Source of the DNA: Kiritimatiellia bacterium
GTDB taxonomy: Bacteria > Verrucomicrobiota > Kiritimatiellia > JAAZAB01
DNA length: 64,000 nt
Assembly (NCBI GenBank): GCA_040767085.1
Contig: JAXGPF010000003.1
Coordinates: 160,001 to 224,000 of the forward strand
Reading direction: 5' to 3'
The position numbers were made by a program, and so were the translations under genes. The notes below the pieces were generated by a model. It searched no databases and had not been told where the DNA came from. It saw nothing but the letters and a program-made list of their open reading frames with translations. How positions within the stretch are numbered: position 1 is the first letter of the stretch; each line of letters begins with the position of its first letter. This document shows, in pieces, positions 10,732 to 21,579 of the stretch.

Positions 10732-12180
10732 ATGGTTTTCAGTTCGCATATCTTCATGTTCTATTTCCTGCCGGCGGCGCTGGCGCTTTACGCGCTGACG
10801 CCGCGACGGGGCCGGCACCTGCTGTTGACTCTGGCCAGTTACCTCTTCTACGGCTGGTCGAATCCGCTGTTTGTGCTGCTGCTGCTGTTTTCCACCGCGG
10901 TGGATTACGTCTGCGGCCTCGCCATCGCCTACGATGGATTCCGCTGGCACGGCGCAGCCCCGCAGCCCTCCGCCGGCGGTCCCCGCAGCCGTTTGCAGCG
11001 CCGCATGCTGATGCTTTCAATCGCCACCAACCTTGGCTTGCTGGGCTTCTTCAAGTATTTCAACTTCGCTTCAGACAATCTGGCAGCGCTGGCGCAATGG
11101 CTGGGCGCGCCGGGCCTGGCGCCCGTGCTGCGGATAACGTTGCCCCTGGGCATCAGTTTTTACACCTTCCAATCCATGAGTTACACGATTGACGTCTTCC
11201 GCGGGCAAGCCCGGGCCTTGCGCGATTTTATCGATTTCGCCTGCTTCGTTTCGATGTTCCCGCAACTGGTGGCCGGACCGATCATCCGGTTCTCGGAACT
11301 GGCCGACCAGTTGCGCCACCACCCGATCACCCTGGAAAAATTCGCGCGCGGCGCGGCTTTTTTCAGCCTGGGCCTGGCTAAGAAAATCCTGCTGGCCAAC
11401 CCGTGCGGCAAGGTGGCCGACACCGCCTTCGCCGCCGCCAGCTTGAGCGCGGCGGACGCCTGGTACGGCGTCACCGCCTATGCTTTCCAGATTTATTTCG
11501 ATTTCAGCGGCTATTCCGACATGGCCATCGGGCTGGGGCTGATGCTCGGTTTTGTCTTCGCAAAAAATTTCGATTCGCCCTACCTTTCCGAATCCATCAC
11601 GGAATTCTGGCGGCGCTGGCACATTTCCCTGTCGTCCTGGCTGCGGGATTATCTTTACATCCCGCTCGGCGGCAACCGCCATGGCGCCGGCCGGACCTAT
11701 CTTAACCTGATGCTGGTCATGCTGCTGGGCGGGCTGTGGCATGGCGCGGCCTGGAATTTTGTGGTCTGGGGCGCCATCCATGGCGCCTGGCTGGCGCTCG
11801 AGCGGCTGGCCGGCAAAACCAGTTTTTACCGGCATCTCCCCCGGCCGGCCCGGATTGGCGTGACTTTCCTGATTGTGCTGATCGCCTGGGTGTTCTTCCG
11901 GGCCGCGGACTTGCCGGCGGCCGGCCGGTACCTGGCCTGCATGTTCGGCGGAGGCGGCGGCCTGCCCAATGCCTGGCTGGTGCGCGGTGTCATCCGGCAA
12001 CCGTATTACCTGGGAGTAACTATCGCGGCGGCGCTGACCGTCTGGCTGGCCCCGCAAACCTGGGATTGGTCGCGCGCCATGGGCTGGGGCAAAGCCGCCA
12101 CGGCGGCGGCGCTGCTCCTGCTGGCCGCGGCCGTGCTGGCTACGCAGGCTTATAATCCTTTCATATACTTCATCTTTTGA
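10732..12180 (+). CDS. algI: MBOAT family O-acyltransferase (AlgI/PatA-like)
   Basis: MVFSS, LPLGISFYTFQ, FPQLVAGPI, QIYFDFSGYSDMAIG, FWRRWHISLS, GLWHGA, PFIYFIF. Confidence 0.92.
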   Translation: MVFSSHIFMFYFLPAALALYALTPRRGRHLLLTLASYLFYGWSNPLFVLLLLFSTAVDYVCGLAIAYDGFRWHGAAPQPSAGGPRSRLQRRMLMLSIATNLGLLGFFKYFNFASDNLAALAQWLGAPGLAPVLRITLPLGISFYTFQSMSYTIDVFRGQARALRDFIDFACFVSMFPQLVAGPIIRFSELADQLRHHPITLEKFARGAAFFSLGLAKKILLANPCGKVADTAFAAASLSAADAWYGVTAYAFQIYFDFSGYSDMAIGLGLMLGFVFAKNFDSPYLSESITEFWRRWHISLSSWLRDYLYIPLGGNRHGAGRTYLNLMLVMLLGGLWHGAAWNFVVWGAIHGAWLALERLAGKTSFYRHLPRPARIGVTFLIVLIAWVFFRAADLPAAGRYLACMFGGGGGLPNAWLVRGVIRQPYYLGVTIAAALTVWLAPQTWDWSRAMGWGKAATAAALLLLAAAVLATQAYNPFIYFIF

Positions 12181-12235
12181 CCTGAATTATGCTCCGCGCC
12201 AAACTTGCGCGGCGCAAAATTGCGGTTTGAACATT

Positions 12236-13942
12236 ATGGCCGCTGAACTTAAAATGCAATTGACCCGCGAGCAAATCGCCATACTGGAAGCCGGCCGCAC
12301 CCGGATTACGCCGGCTTGCGCGATGTTTCTCGCCGGCGTGTTCCTGGCGCTGATTTGCGCCGTGCCGCTGGCGCAGTTAGCGGCGGAATTAAGCGAACCT
12401 GGACTGCCGCACAGCCTATCGCTCGGCCACAGCCTGGCCGCCGCCGCGCAGGCGCAACCTGCCGGCAGCGCCGGTTGCCTGCAAAGCTTCCTGGCGGCTA
12501 ACCGGCGCCTGCTGCGTGAAATGCATGCCTGGGAGACTGCGCTGGAGGAAAATGCCATCGTGAGCCGCGCCATCAGGCCGCCTATCCAGTACCTGCTGGC
12601 GCGCTGGCTGGGCGCGGGCAATGAGCAAGCCTATTGCGGGCGGGGCGATTGGTTGTTTTTCCGGCCGGACGTGGATTACCTGACGGCGCCCGGATTCCTG
12701 GAACCCGCGGTCATGCAACGCCGCGCCGCAGCCGGTAAAGAATGGCAGACCCCGCCCAAGCCCGATCCGCGCCCGGCCATCCTGGATTTCCAGCGGCAAC
12801 TGGCGGCGCGCGGCATCCAACTGGTGCTGATGCCCACGCCGGTGAAGCCCATGATCCATCCCGACCGGTTGGCGCCGGCCGGCGCCGGCGCGCCGCTGCA
12901 AAATCCATCCTACCGCCGCCTGGCCGCCGACTTGGAAGCCGCCGGTCTGACGGTATTCGATCCCGCTTCCATGCTGGCCAGCGATTTCCACGGCGCCGGC
13001 CGGGAAGCCTTTCTCGCCACCGACACCCATTGGCGTCCGGAAGCCATGGAGCGGACGGCGGAAGACCTGGCGCAATTCATTACCACCCGCGGCTGGCTGA
13101 CCGCGGCACCCCCAACCGCTTGCACGACACACGCGATGACCGTCGAGCAACCGGGCGATACCGCCGCCATGCTGCGCCTGCCGGCCTGGCAGGATTTTTA
13201 CCAGCCGGAAGCTGTGGAAATCCGGCAAGTGCGGGATGCCGCCGGCAATGACTGGCGGCCGGCGCAGGATGCCGATGTGCTGGTATTGGGCGACAGTTTC
13301 TGCAATATTTATTCCCTGGAGGCCATGGGCTGGGGCGAAGCCGCCGGGTTGGTCGAACACCTCAGCCGGGCGCTGGCCCGGCCGGTAGACCGCATCCTGG
13401 TGAATGACAACGGCGCCTTCGCCGCGCGAGCGGCGCTGGCGCGGGAACTGGCGCGCGGACGCGACCGGCTGGCCGGCAAGCGGCTGGTAATCTGGCAATT
13501 CGCCGCGCGCGAACTGGCGGCCGGGGATTGGCGCCTGACTGACCTGCGCTTGGGCGCGCCGGCGGCGGCCGGATTCCTGCATCTGCCGGCCGGCGCCATG
13601 CTCAAGACGCGCGGCGTCGTAGCGGCCATCGCCCCTGCGCCGCGGCCCGGGAGCGTGCCTTATGCCGACCATATCATCGGTCTGCACCTGGTTGACCTGC
13701 AAGCGAATGGCGGCGGCGCGCAGGCGCTGGCCTATGCCTGGAGCATGCGCGACAACGTCTGGACGCCGGCGGCGCGGCTGCGGCCGGGCGAGACCGTGGA
13801 AGCGCTGTTGCGGCCGTGGCCGGACGTGGCCGGCAAGTTCGATGGCATCAACCGCACGGAACTGGATGATCCCGAATTGCTTCTGCAGGAGCCATGCTGG
13901 GCGGCGGAAATCGCCGGACTCGGATTCATCCCCCCGGAATAG
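12236..13942 (+). CDS. AlgJ/AlgX family SGNH O-acetyltransferase with extra C-terminal domain
   Basis: GRGDWLFF, PTPVK, TDTHW, LGDSF; follows the MBOAT gene. Confidence 0.85.
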   Translation: MAAELKMQLTREQIAILEAGRTRITPACAMFLAGVFLALICAVPLAQLAAELSEPGLPHSLSLGHSLAAAAQAQPAGSAGCLQSFLAANRRLLREMHAWETALEENAIVSRAIRPPIQYLLARWLGAGNEQAYCGRGDWLFFRPDVDYLTAPGFLEPAVMQRRAAAGKEWQTPPKPDPRPAILDFQRQLAARGIQLVLMPTPVKPMIHPDRLAPAGAGAPLQNPSYRRLAADLEAAGLTVFDPASMLASDFHGAGREAFLATDTHWRPEAMERTAEDLAQFITTRGWLTAAPPTACTTHAMTVEQPGDTAAMLRLPAWQDFYQPEAVEIRQVRDAAGNDWRPAQDADVLVLGDSFCNIYSLEAMGWGEAAGLVEHLSRALARPVDRILVNDNGAFAARAALARELARGRDRLAGKRLVIWQFAARELAAGDWRLTDLRLGAPAAAGFLHLPAGAMLKTRGVVAAIAPAPRPGSVPYADHIIGLHLVDLQANGGGAQALAYAWSMRDNVWTPAARLRPGETVEALLRPWPDVAGKFDGINRTELDDPELLLQEPCWAAEIAGLGFIPPE

Positions 13943-13952
13943 GAGGCAGATC

Positions 13953-15077
13953 ATGCTTGGCGCAATCCATTACATTTTAAAATCGTGGCCACGCCGGGTG
14001 TTTGCCGGAAGACGCTGTTTGATTGCCATGCTCTTGTTGACGTTGGGGCGCCCCGCCGGCCAGGCCGCCGCCGCGGATTGGCAGGCACGCTGCGGCCAAC
14101 TGGCGGATTTGGCCGCTCGGGATCATCGCGGCGCCATTGCCGGCGACAATGCCTGGCTGTTTCCGGCCGCGGATTTGCGGCACATTGCCGCCGGCGAATT
14201 CTGGGGCGCGGCGGCGGCGGATGCCGTCCGCACCGGCGTGAAGCCGGAATTCGCCGACCCCCTGCCCGCCATCCTGGATTGCCACGATCAATTACAGCAA
14301 TTGGGAGTTAAATTGCTGCTGGTGCCGGTGCCGCCCAAGGCCCGGATTTTCCCGGACGCGCTGCCGGCGCCAGCCGGCGCGGCGGTTCCTCTACCCGCGG
14401 AGTTGCCACTGGCGCCGGTGCATGCCGGATTTTACGAGCTTTTACGCAGTCGGGGCATCCAGGTGCTGGACCTGGCGGAATTATTCTGGCAGCACCGCGT
14501 GGATGCCAAAGGCGCGCCTTATTGCCGCACCGATTCGCACTGGTCCGGCAATGGCTGCGTCCTGGCCGCCCGCGCCATTGCTGAAATCATCGCCGATCCC
14601 GCGACGGCGGAGGCGGCCGCCGGGCTGGAGTCCGCCTGGAGCGAAGTGGAAATCCGCGGCGACTTGTCCCGCATGCCGGGAGGCGAGGGCGCGGCGCCGG
14701 AAAAAATCATGCTGCGGCGCGTCGGCCGGCGCGCCGGCGCTGCGCTCGAGCCGGCGGCGCCGGCTACGGACAGCCCCGTGATCCTGCTGGGCGACAGTCA
14801 TAACCTGGTCTTTCACGCCGGGGGCGATATGCACGCCGCGGGCGCCGGGCTGCCGGACCAACTGGCGCTGGAACTGGGTCAGCCGGTGGAACTGGTCGCG
14901 GTGCGCGGCTCCGGCGCCACGCCTGCCCGTGTCAATTTGTACCGCCGCGCCGCGCGCAATCCGGACTATTGGCGCAACCGGCGCTGGGTGGTATGGTGTT
15001 TTGCCGCGCGTGAATTTACCGAAAGCGACGGCTGGCGCAAAATCCCGCTGCAGCCGGCGGCGGCGGTAAAAAATTGA
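13953..15077 (+). CDS. Second AlgJ/AlgX family SGNH O-acetyltransferase
   Basis: GDNAWLF, PVPPK, TDSHW, LGDSH; AGGAGG RBS upstream of ATG 13953. Confidence 0.85.
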   Translation: MLGAIHYILKSWPRRVFAGRRCLIAMLLLTLGRPAGQAAAADWQARCGQLADLAARDHRGAIAGDNAWLFPAADLRHIAAGEFWGAAAADAVRTGVKPEFADPLPAILDCHDQLQQLGVKLLLVPVPPKARIFPDALPAPAGAAVPLPAELPLAPVHAGFYELLRSRGIQVLDLAELFWQHRVDAKGAPYCRTDSHWSGNGCVLAARAIAEIIADPATAEAAAGLESAWSEVEIRGDLSRMPGGEGAAPEKIMLRRVGRRAGAALEPAAPATDSPVILLGDSHNLVFHAGGDMHAAGAGLPDQLALELGQPVELVAVRGSGATPARVNLYRRAARNPDYWRNRRWVVWCFAAREFTESDGWRKIPLQPAAAVKN

Positions 15078-15117
15078 TCACTCCCCGCCAGGATGCGCGC
15101 GTTCGGGCGCCAGCCAG

Positions 15118-15300
15118 GGCGGCGTCATTCTCGGCGGCTCGCTCCCGCGCCAGGCGGGACAAGCCGGAGGTTGACCCCGCTTTGAGCGGGGTCTCGCCCT
15201 ACCCGGGGAATCTGCTGAAGGTAGGGCGAGGTCTCCCTGCGTCGCTGAAGCTATGCAAGGCAAGCCGTACCGAGCCGTCTGTTCTGAGAATGACGCAGCC
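15118..15300. repeat. Composite REP/MITE-like element, copy 2
   Basis: 14/15-bp terminal inverted repeat GGC(G/T)GCGTCATTCTC; internal inverted CTCGCCCTAC / GTAGGGCGAG (GTAG-type REP doublet). Confidence 0.8.
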
Positions 15301-15435
15301 GTGACCGCGGTGATGCGCGCCGGAATCACGGCTTGCACACCCCGGCGCAAACTGCTTTAATGATTCGAGTTGTATTGCGTCCGCGCAGCCAGGCGCTGAC
15401 CGGCGCTTTGCGTCCCTCCGACTCCCGCTGAAATA

Positions 15436-16632
15436 ATGACTTACTGGAAAAAAACTTTCGCATGCGCTTTTGCGGCGCAGGTGCTGTCAATCCTGGGATT
15501 CTCGTTCGCGTTGCCTTTTTTGCCGTTTTTCATCCAGGACCTGGGAATCACCGATAAAGCCCAGCAAGCCTGGTGGTCGGGTGTGCTGCTGGCAGCCTCC
15601 GGCTTCACCCTCGCGCTGTTTGCCCCGTTGTGGGGTTTGCTGGCTGACCGGTTCGGACGCAAGAGCATGGTGGTGCGCTCGATGTTCGGCGGCGCGGTGA
15701 TCGTGTTGCTGATGTCTTATGCGCGCAACATGGGCGAACTGTTGATTTGCCGCCTGCTGCAGGGTATGTTTACCGGCACGGTTTCCGCCAGCATCGCCCT
15801 GGTGGCCAGCGTTACCCCGCCGAAGCGCAGCGGATTCGCGCTGGGCATGATGCAGGCTGCCGTGTTTGTCGGCTCGGCCATCGGCCCGCTGCTGGGCGGC
15901 ATGATGGCGGATTACTACGGCTACCGTATGTCTTTCCGGGTCGGCGCGGCGGTCATCCTGCTGGGCGGTTTCCTGATTTATTTCGGCGCCCGCGAATCCC
16001 TGGCCCAGGAAGACGAATCCATGGCGCGGCCGATGAGTTTTTGGACTTTACTCAAAACCAGCGGGTTTGTCTTTGCGATCTTAACCCTGCTGGCCGTGCG
16101 CTTCGCCAACACCATCGTCAATCCTTCCTTCCCGCTGGTCATCAAGGATATCCTTACCTCCACCGCGAAGTTGAACAGCGTCACCGGCATTATCATGGCC
16201 TGCGCCGGACTGGCCGGCGCCGTTTCCGCCGGACTGCTGGGCTATATCGGCGACAAGTATGGACACCAGCGGGTGTTGATCTTCTGCAGTTCGGGCGCGG
16301 CGTTGACGGCGGCGGCCCATGCCCTGGCGCACACCATTCCCGCGCTGACGGTGATTCATCTGAGCTTTGGCATGATGATTGCCGGCATCCTGCCGTCCAT
16401 CAACAGCATCATCCAGCGCTCAACCGATCAGCGCCACATCGGGAAGGCCTACGGACTTTCCTCCTCCATCAGCATGCTGGGCCTGGCGCTGGGTCCGCTG
16501 GCCGGCGGATACCTGGCCCGGGATTGGGGCATCCGCACGCCTTTCCTGGCCGCCGGCGTCTGCCAGCTACTGGTCACAGCGATCGCATGGCGCTGGTTTG
16601 CCAAAAGCCGCCCTGAAGACTTCCGCGCCTGA
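15436..16632 (+). CDS. MFS transporter (DHA1/MdtG-like)
   Basis: Motif A WGLLADRFGRK and GYIGDKYG; about 12 TM helices. Confidence 0.92.
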   Translation: MTYWKKTFACAFAAQVLSILGFSFALPFLPFFIQDLGITDKAQQAWWSGVLLAASGFTLALFAPLWGLLADRFGRKSMVVRSMFGGAVIVLLMSYARNMGELLICRLLQGMFTGTVSASIALVASVTPPKRSGFALGMMQAAVFVGSAIGPLLGGMMADYYGYRMSFRVGAAVILLGGFLIYFGARESLAQEDESMARPMSFWTLLKTSGFVFAILTLLAVRFANTIVNPSFPLVIKDILTSTAKLNSVTGIIMACAGLAGAVSAGLLGYIGDKYGHQRVLIFCSSGAALTAAAHALAHTIPALTVIHLSFGMMIAGILPSINSIIQRSTDQRHIGKAYGLSSSISMLGLALGPLAGGYLARDWGIRTPFLAAGVCQLLVTAIAWRWFAKSRPEDFRA

Positions 16633-16660
16633 GATTGCCGGACGCCGGCTCATTCAACAT

Positions 16661-17431
16661 CTACAATCGCACGGTCAGGCCGTCGTACGGAATAAAAATG
16701 CCCGGCGGCAGCCGCCGGCGGACCTGGTCGTAGTCCAGGTCGTGCCCCATGTGGGTGATATAGGCCCGGCGGGGACGCAGCGCCTGCAGCATGGCAATGC
16801 TTTCATCCAGGCAAAAATGGGTAGGATGCGGAGTGCGTTTCAGGGCGTCCAGCACCAGCACATCCATCCCGCGCAAGGCCGCCTGCGCGGCCGCGGGCAT
16901 GGTGTGGCAATCCGGGACATAGCCGATTTTAACCCCTTCCGCCGCCAGCCGGTAGCCATAGGTGGCGATCCCGGCATGTTCCACGGGCAAGGGCGTCACC
17001 CGCGCCGCGCCGACACGGAACGGCCCGGTGCATTCGGTGAAAATGACCCGGGGATACGAAAGGCCGGGCTGCGCGCGCCTATGCACGTAGGGGAAGAACC
17101 GGTTCAAGTCGCGCACGGTGTCCGGCGCGCCGAAAACGGGAATGGCCTGATCCTGGATATCGCAAAAGCGCCGGATATCGTCAAACCCGAACACATGGTC
17201 GGCATGCGCATGGGTGAACAGCACGGCATCCACCCGCGGCACGCGGAAGGCCAGGACCTGTTCGCGGAAATCCGGCGGAGTATCAATGACAATATGCCGG
17301 CCGGCGGCCTCCACGTACAGGCTGGCGCGCCGGCGGCGGTTGCGCGGATTGGCGGACCGGCACACCGGGCATTGGCACCCGATGGCCGGCACGCCAATGG
17401 AAGTGCCGGTGCCCAGGAAGACGATTTTCAC
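16661..17431 (-). CDS. PhnP family MBL-fold metallo-hydrolase
   Basis: [33 protein letters not shown]. Confidence 0.92.
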   Translation of the reverse strand: MKIVFLGTGTSIGVPAIGCQCPVCRSANPRNRRRRASLYVEAAGRHIVIDTPPDFREQVLAFRVPRVDAVLFTHAHADHVFGFDDIRRFCDIQDQAIPVFGAPDTVRDLNRFFPYVHRRAQPGLSYPRVIFTECTGPFRVGAARVTPLPVEHAGIATYGYRLAAEGVKIGYVPDCHTMPAAAQAALRGMDVLVLDALKRTPHPTHFCLDESIAMLQALRPRRAYITHMGHDLDYDQVRRRLPPGIFIPYDGLTVRL

Positions 17432-17450
17432 CGGCGTCCTTCCGGGACGA

Positions 17451-19844
17451 TTATTTCGTCACCAATCCCAGCCAACCCTGGATGACCGGCGAAAGCTTGA
17501 TGAATACGGGCGTAAAGACGATGCACACCATGCTCATCAGTTTGATCAGGATGTTCAGCGACGGGCCGCTGGTGTCCTTGCAGGGATCGCCGACGGTATC
17601 GCCGATCACGGCCGCGCCATGGACGGGATTCTTCGTGCCATCCGGCAGTTTCTTGCCGCCTAAATTCCCCTTTTCGACAAACTTCTTGGCGTTATCCCAG
17701 GCGCCGCCGGCGTTGTTCAGCATGGTGGCGAAAACGAACCCGGTGGCCAGGCCGCCGGCCAGCAGACCGATTACACCGCCTATTCCCAGCACCAGACCGG
17801 TGACAACCGGCACCACAATAGCCAGCAGCGACGGAACCATCATTTCCCGTTGAGCGCCGGCGGTGGAAATGGCCACACAGGTGGCGTAATCGGGCTTGTC
17901 CTTGCCTTCCATGATCCCGGGCTTCTCCCGGAACTGGCGGCGCACTTCATTGACCATGGCGCCGGCGGCGCGGCCCACCGCCTTCATCGTCAGGGCGCAG
18001 AACACGAACACCATCATGCTGCCCATAAAAATACCGCACAGCACCAGTGGATTCATGAGATTGATATCGTAGGCATCAACAAAATACCGGATATCTTCAC
18101 GCGCGGCCGCGGCGGCATTCACGGAAACCTTGCCGATCGAAAACCCTTCCGCGCCAGCGGCATACTTGCCGATCCACATTTTAACTTCTTCCAGGCAGGC
18201 GGCCAGCAGCGCCATAGCCGTCAACGCCGCGGAACCGATGGCAAAGCCCTTGCCTGTCGCGGCGGTGGTGTTGCCCAGGGCGTCCAGGGCGTCGGTGCGC
18301 TGCCGCACTTCCGGCGGCAATTCCGACATCTCAGCGTTGCCGCCGGCATTGTCGGCAATCGGCCCATAGGCGTCGGTCGCCAGCGTGATGCCCAGCGTGG
18401 AAAGCATGCCGACCGCGGCGAAGCCGATGCCGTACAAGCCCATGGTGAAGTTGCTGAATCCGCCGGAAAGCCCGAAGGCGAACAGAATGCCGATGGCAAT
18501 GATCACCACCGGCGCGGCCGAGGAAAGCATCCCCGTAGCCAGGCCCTCGATGATCACCGTCGCCGGGCCCATCTTGGCCTGTGTAGCGATTTCCCTGGTG
18601 GGCTTGTATTCATCGGAAGTATAATATTCCGTCGCCTGCCCGATCAGCACGCCGGCGAACAACCCGGCAATCACCGCGCCGAAAATGCCCCACGGCACCA
18701 CGCCTGTGGCCGCCAACACCGCCATGGCCGCCACGATCAGCACTGAACTGCCAAGCGTCCCCGTCAGCAGGGCCCGCAGCAGGTTCTTCTGGCTGGCGCC
18801 TTCTTTGCACCGCACCATGAACATGCCGATGATCGAAAGGACGATGCCGATGCCGGCCACCACCATGGGCGCGGTAATGTACTTGATGGCCAGAGCAGGA
18901 TTATGCGCCTGGATGCCGACGGAGGCGCCCAGGGCGGCGGTGGCCAGGATCGAGCCGCAGTAGGATTCGTAAAGGTCGGCGCCCATGCCGGCTACGTCGC
19001 CGACATTATCGCCGACGTTGTCGGCAATGGTGGCCGGATTGCGCGGGTCGTCTTCCGGAATGCCCGCTTCCACCTTGCCCACCAGGTCGGCGCCGACGTC
19101 GGCCGCCTTGGTGTAAATGCCGCCGCCGACGCGCGCAAACAACGCCTGGGTGGAGGCGCCCATACCGAAGGTCAGCATGGTGGTGGTGATATGCACCAGT
19201 TTTTCATCCACGGTGCAGCCCGCATGCACCAGTTCCAGGCCCAGGAAATGCAGTCCGTTGGCCATGTTGGCCGTGGTGAAGACCAGCTTATCGAGAATCA
19301 GGTACCACAGGCAGATATCCAGCAGGCCGAAACCTACTACCACCAACCCCATAACAGCGCCGGAGCGGAAGGCCACCTGCAAGCCGCGGTTGAGGCCTTC
19401 GCTGGCGCCCTGCGCCGTGCGCGAGGAGGCATGGGTGGCGGTTTTCATTCCCAGGAAACCGCACAACCCGGAGAAAAAGCCGCCCGTCAGGAAAGCGACC
19501 GGCACAAACGGATTCTGAATGCCGATTTTGGCCAGAACCGCGAACACCGCCACCAGGGCCACGAACACCCAGAGCACGACCTTGTATTGGCGGAACAGGT
19601 AGGCCATGGCGCCTTCGCGCACATACCCGGCAATCTCAATCATCCGGGCATTGCCGGGATGGGCCGCCATCATCAGCCGGTAGAAATATACCGCAAACAC
19701 CAGGGCGATGACCGCGGTCACCGGCGCCAGCCACCAAATGCCCGGGGTTAAGTTAAGGTTGGCCTCGCTGGCAGCGGCCCAGGGGGCCGTCGTCAACAAC
19801 AATCCCGCCACCGCCATCAATCCTGCCCAAGCGTTTTTCATCAT
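17451..19844 (-). CDS. hppA: Membrane-integral cation-translocating pyrophosphatase, K+-dependent type
   Basis: [34 protein letters not shown] (Ala form), [16 protein letters not shown]. Confidence 0.96.
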   Translation of the reverse strand: MMKNAWAGLMAVAGLLLTTAPWAAASEANLNLTPGIWWLAPVTAVIALVFAVYFYRLMMAAHPGNARMIEIAGYVREGAMAYLFRQYKVVLWVFVALVAVFAVLAKIGIQNPFVPVAFLTGGFFSGLCGFLGMKTATHASSRTAQGASEGLNRGLQVAFRSGAVMGLVVVGFGLLDICLWYLILDKLVFTTANMANGLHFLGLELVHAGCTVDEKLVHITTTMLTFGMGASTQALFARVGGGIYTKAADVGADLVGKVEAGIPEDDPRNPATIADNVGDNVGDVAGMGADLYESYCGSILATAALGASVGIQAHNPALAIKYITAPMVVAGIGIVLSIIGMFMVRCKEGASQKNLLRALLTGTLGSSVLIVAAMAVLAATGVVPWGIFGAVIAGLFAGVLIGQATEYYTSDEYKPTREIATQAKMGPATVIIEGLATGMLSSAAPVVIIAIGILFAFGLSGGFSNFTMGLYGIGFAAVGMLSTLGITLATDAYGPIADNAGGNAEMSELPPEVRQRTDALDALGNTTAATGKGFAIGSAALTAMALLAACLEEVKMWIGKYAAGAEGFSIGKVSVNAAAAAREDIRYFVDAYDINLMNPLVLCGIFMGSMMVFVFCALTMKAVGRAAGAMVNEVRRQFREKPGIMEGKDKPDYATCVAISTAGAQREMMVPSLLAIVVPVVTGLVLGIGGVIGLLAGGLATGFVFATMLNNAGGAWDNAKKFVEKGNLGGKKLPDGTKNPVHGAAVIGDTVGDPCKDTSGPSLNILIKLMSMVCIVFTPVFIKLSPVIQGWLGLVTK

Positions 19845-20018
19845 CCTCCCTTTACCTTGCGCCGCTGCCGTCCGTGTTCAATCGAACACAAAAAACATTG
19901 GCAAATAAAAAAACGGCCATTATCATAGCGGTTTATCGGTGGAGGTCAATTAATTTCGGCAAATCCGGGCGCCAGTGCGATCGGCATCCGCGGCATTGCC
20001 GGGCAGGCTGGAGAAAAC

Positions 20019-20417
20019 ATGCGCCATCATAAGGTCATTGAGTGGGAACAACGTCTGCAGTCGGCCTTCGAGCGCGTGGACGAGCGCCTGGAAGCCAGGT
20101 ACGGGAAACTCTTCCCGCGGCACCCGGCGCGCCCGGACCATGGCGCCGCCGCCCGGCGCGAACACGACGGCTTATTCAACCTGGGGGCGGCGTTCTCCGC
20201 CGGATACGGCTCGCGCCACGGCCCGAATTACGCCGTGGAAATCCGGATCATGACCCTGTCGGATATCCCCGCGGATACCCGGCGCCGGATCGAGCAAGAC
20301 GCCATCGGCATGCTGCGCGAAGAATTGCCGAAGTTTTTCCCGGACCGCGACTTGCAGGTAGTGCACGAAGGCAAAATGTATCGCCTCGTCGGCGACCTGA
20401 GTCTGGGCCGGGCCTGA
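20019..20417 (+). CDS. Hypothetical protein
   Basis: 132-aa ORF filling the gap between hppA and ftsW; GGAG RBS. Confidence 0.65.
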   Translation: MRHHKVIEWEQRLQSAFERVDERLEARYGKLFPRHPARPDHGAAARREHDGLFNLGAAFSAGYGSRHGPNYAVEIRIMTLSDIPADTRRRIEQDAIGMLREELPKFFPDRDLQVVHEGKMYRLVGDLSLGRA

Positions 20418-20421
20418 CCGC

Positions 20422-21561
20422 TCAATAGCCGTCTTCGACATCCGGAGCGGCCTTGCGCCAAGGCGGACGGGCATTTCCGGCGCCGGATTGCTGGGCGATG
20501 TTCAACAGCACCGCCACCGCCGCCAGGGACATCATCAGGCTCGATCCGCCGAAACTGATGAACGGCAGCGTCAGCCCCTTGGTCGGCAGGCACCCGGTAA
20601 CAACGCCGATGTTGAACATGGCCTGCATCGTGATCAACATCGTCAATCCGAAGGCCAGCAGCCGTCCGAACAAGTCCGGCGCCTTGAAACTGATGCGCAG
20701 GCCGCATCCGCAGATGCCGGCGAACAGCAGCACCACGCCCAGGGTGGCCAGCATGCCTAATTCCTCGCCGATAATGGCGAAAATAAAGTCCGTATGCGCC
20801 TCGGGCAGGTAGAAATGCTTCTGCACGCTGGCGCCCAGTCCCACGCCCCGCCAGCCGCCGGCCACAAAGGCGTTAATGGCATTGATCAGCTGGAAGGAAT
20901 AAGTCTGCGCGTATTTTTCCGGGTCCAGGAATGCCAGCACACGGCTGCGCCGGACCTCGTTGTGCATGACGGCTACGCAAAACAGCGTAAAACCGGAACC
21001 GGCAAACAACACCAGGTAACGCAGCAGCGCCCCGCCGGCAAACATGACCGCCATGCCCACCAGCCCGCAGAGCATGGTGGTGCCGAAATCCGGCTCGATG
21101 AAAATCAATCCGGCGATCAAGCCCAGCATCGCCATGGGCGCCAGGACGCCTCGGCCGAATTCCCGGGAACGCATCCGCTCCCGCGCCATCCACCACGCCA
21201 GCGCAACCACCATCGCGAACTTGGCGAGTTCGGATGGCTGAAGCTGCATCGGACCCAGGCGCAACCAACGCCGGCTGCCGCCCACCTTGGCGCCGATGCC
21301 GGGCACCAGCACCAGCACCAACAGGATCACGCTGACGATGAAGATGGGCGCCGCCAGGGTCCGCCACCAGTGATAATCAATCCGCGAGATGACGCCGGCA
21401 GCCAGCACGGCCAGGGCCAGCCATAAGAGCTGGCGCTTGACGAAAAACATTGGATCGCCGCAAAGCTCGATCGCCTTGACCCCGCTGGCGCTGGCCAGCA
21501 TGACCAGTCCGAAGGCCGTCAAAACGGCTACGATCAGCAACAGCAGGGTGGTAACACGCAC
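20422..21561 (-). CDS. ftsW: SEDS family peptidoglycan glycosyltransferase FtsW
   Basis: GSRRWL..QPSELAK, EPDFGT, LPEAHTDFIFAIIGEELG, PTKGLTLPFISFGGSS. Confidence 0.93.
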   Translation of the reverse strand: MRVTTLLLLIVAVLTAFGLVMLASASGVKAIELCGDPMFFVKRQLLWLALAVLAAGVISRIDYHWWRTLAAPIFIVSVILLVLVLVPGIGAKVGGSRRWLRLGPMQLQPSELAKFAMVVALAWWMARERMRSREFGRGVLAPMAMLGLIAGLIFIEPDFGTTMLCGLVGMAVMFAGGALLRYLVLFAGSGFTLFCVAVMHNEVRRSRVLAFLDPEKYAQTYSFQLINAINAFVAGGWRGVGLGASVQKHFYLPEAHTDFIFAIIGEELGMLATLGVVLLFAGICGCGLRISFKAPDLFGRLLAFGLTMLITMQAMFNIGVVTGCLPTKGLTLPFISFGGSSLMMSLAAVAVLLNIAQQSGAGNARPPWRKAAPDVEDGY

Positions 21562-21579
21562 ATCACGCTTCGCTTGTCA

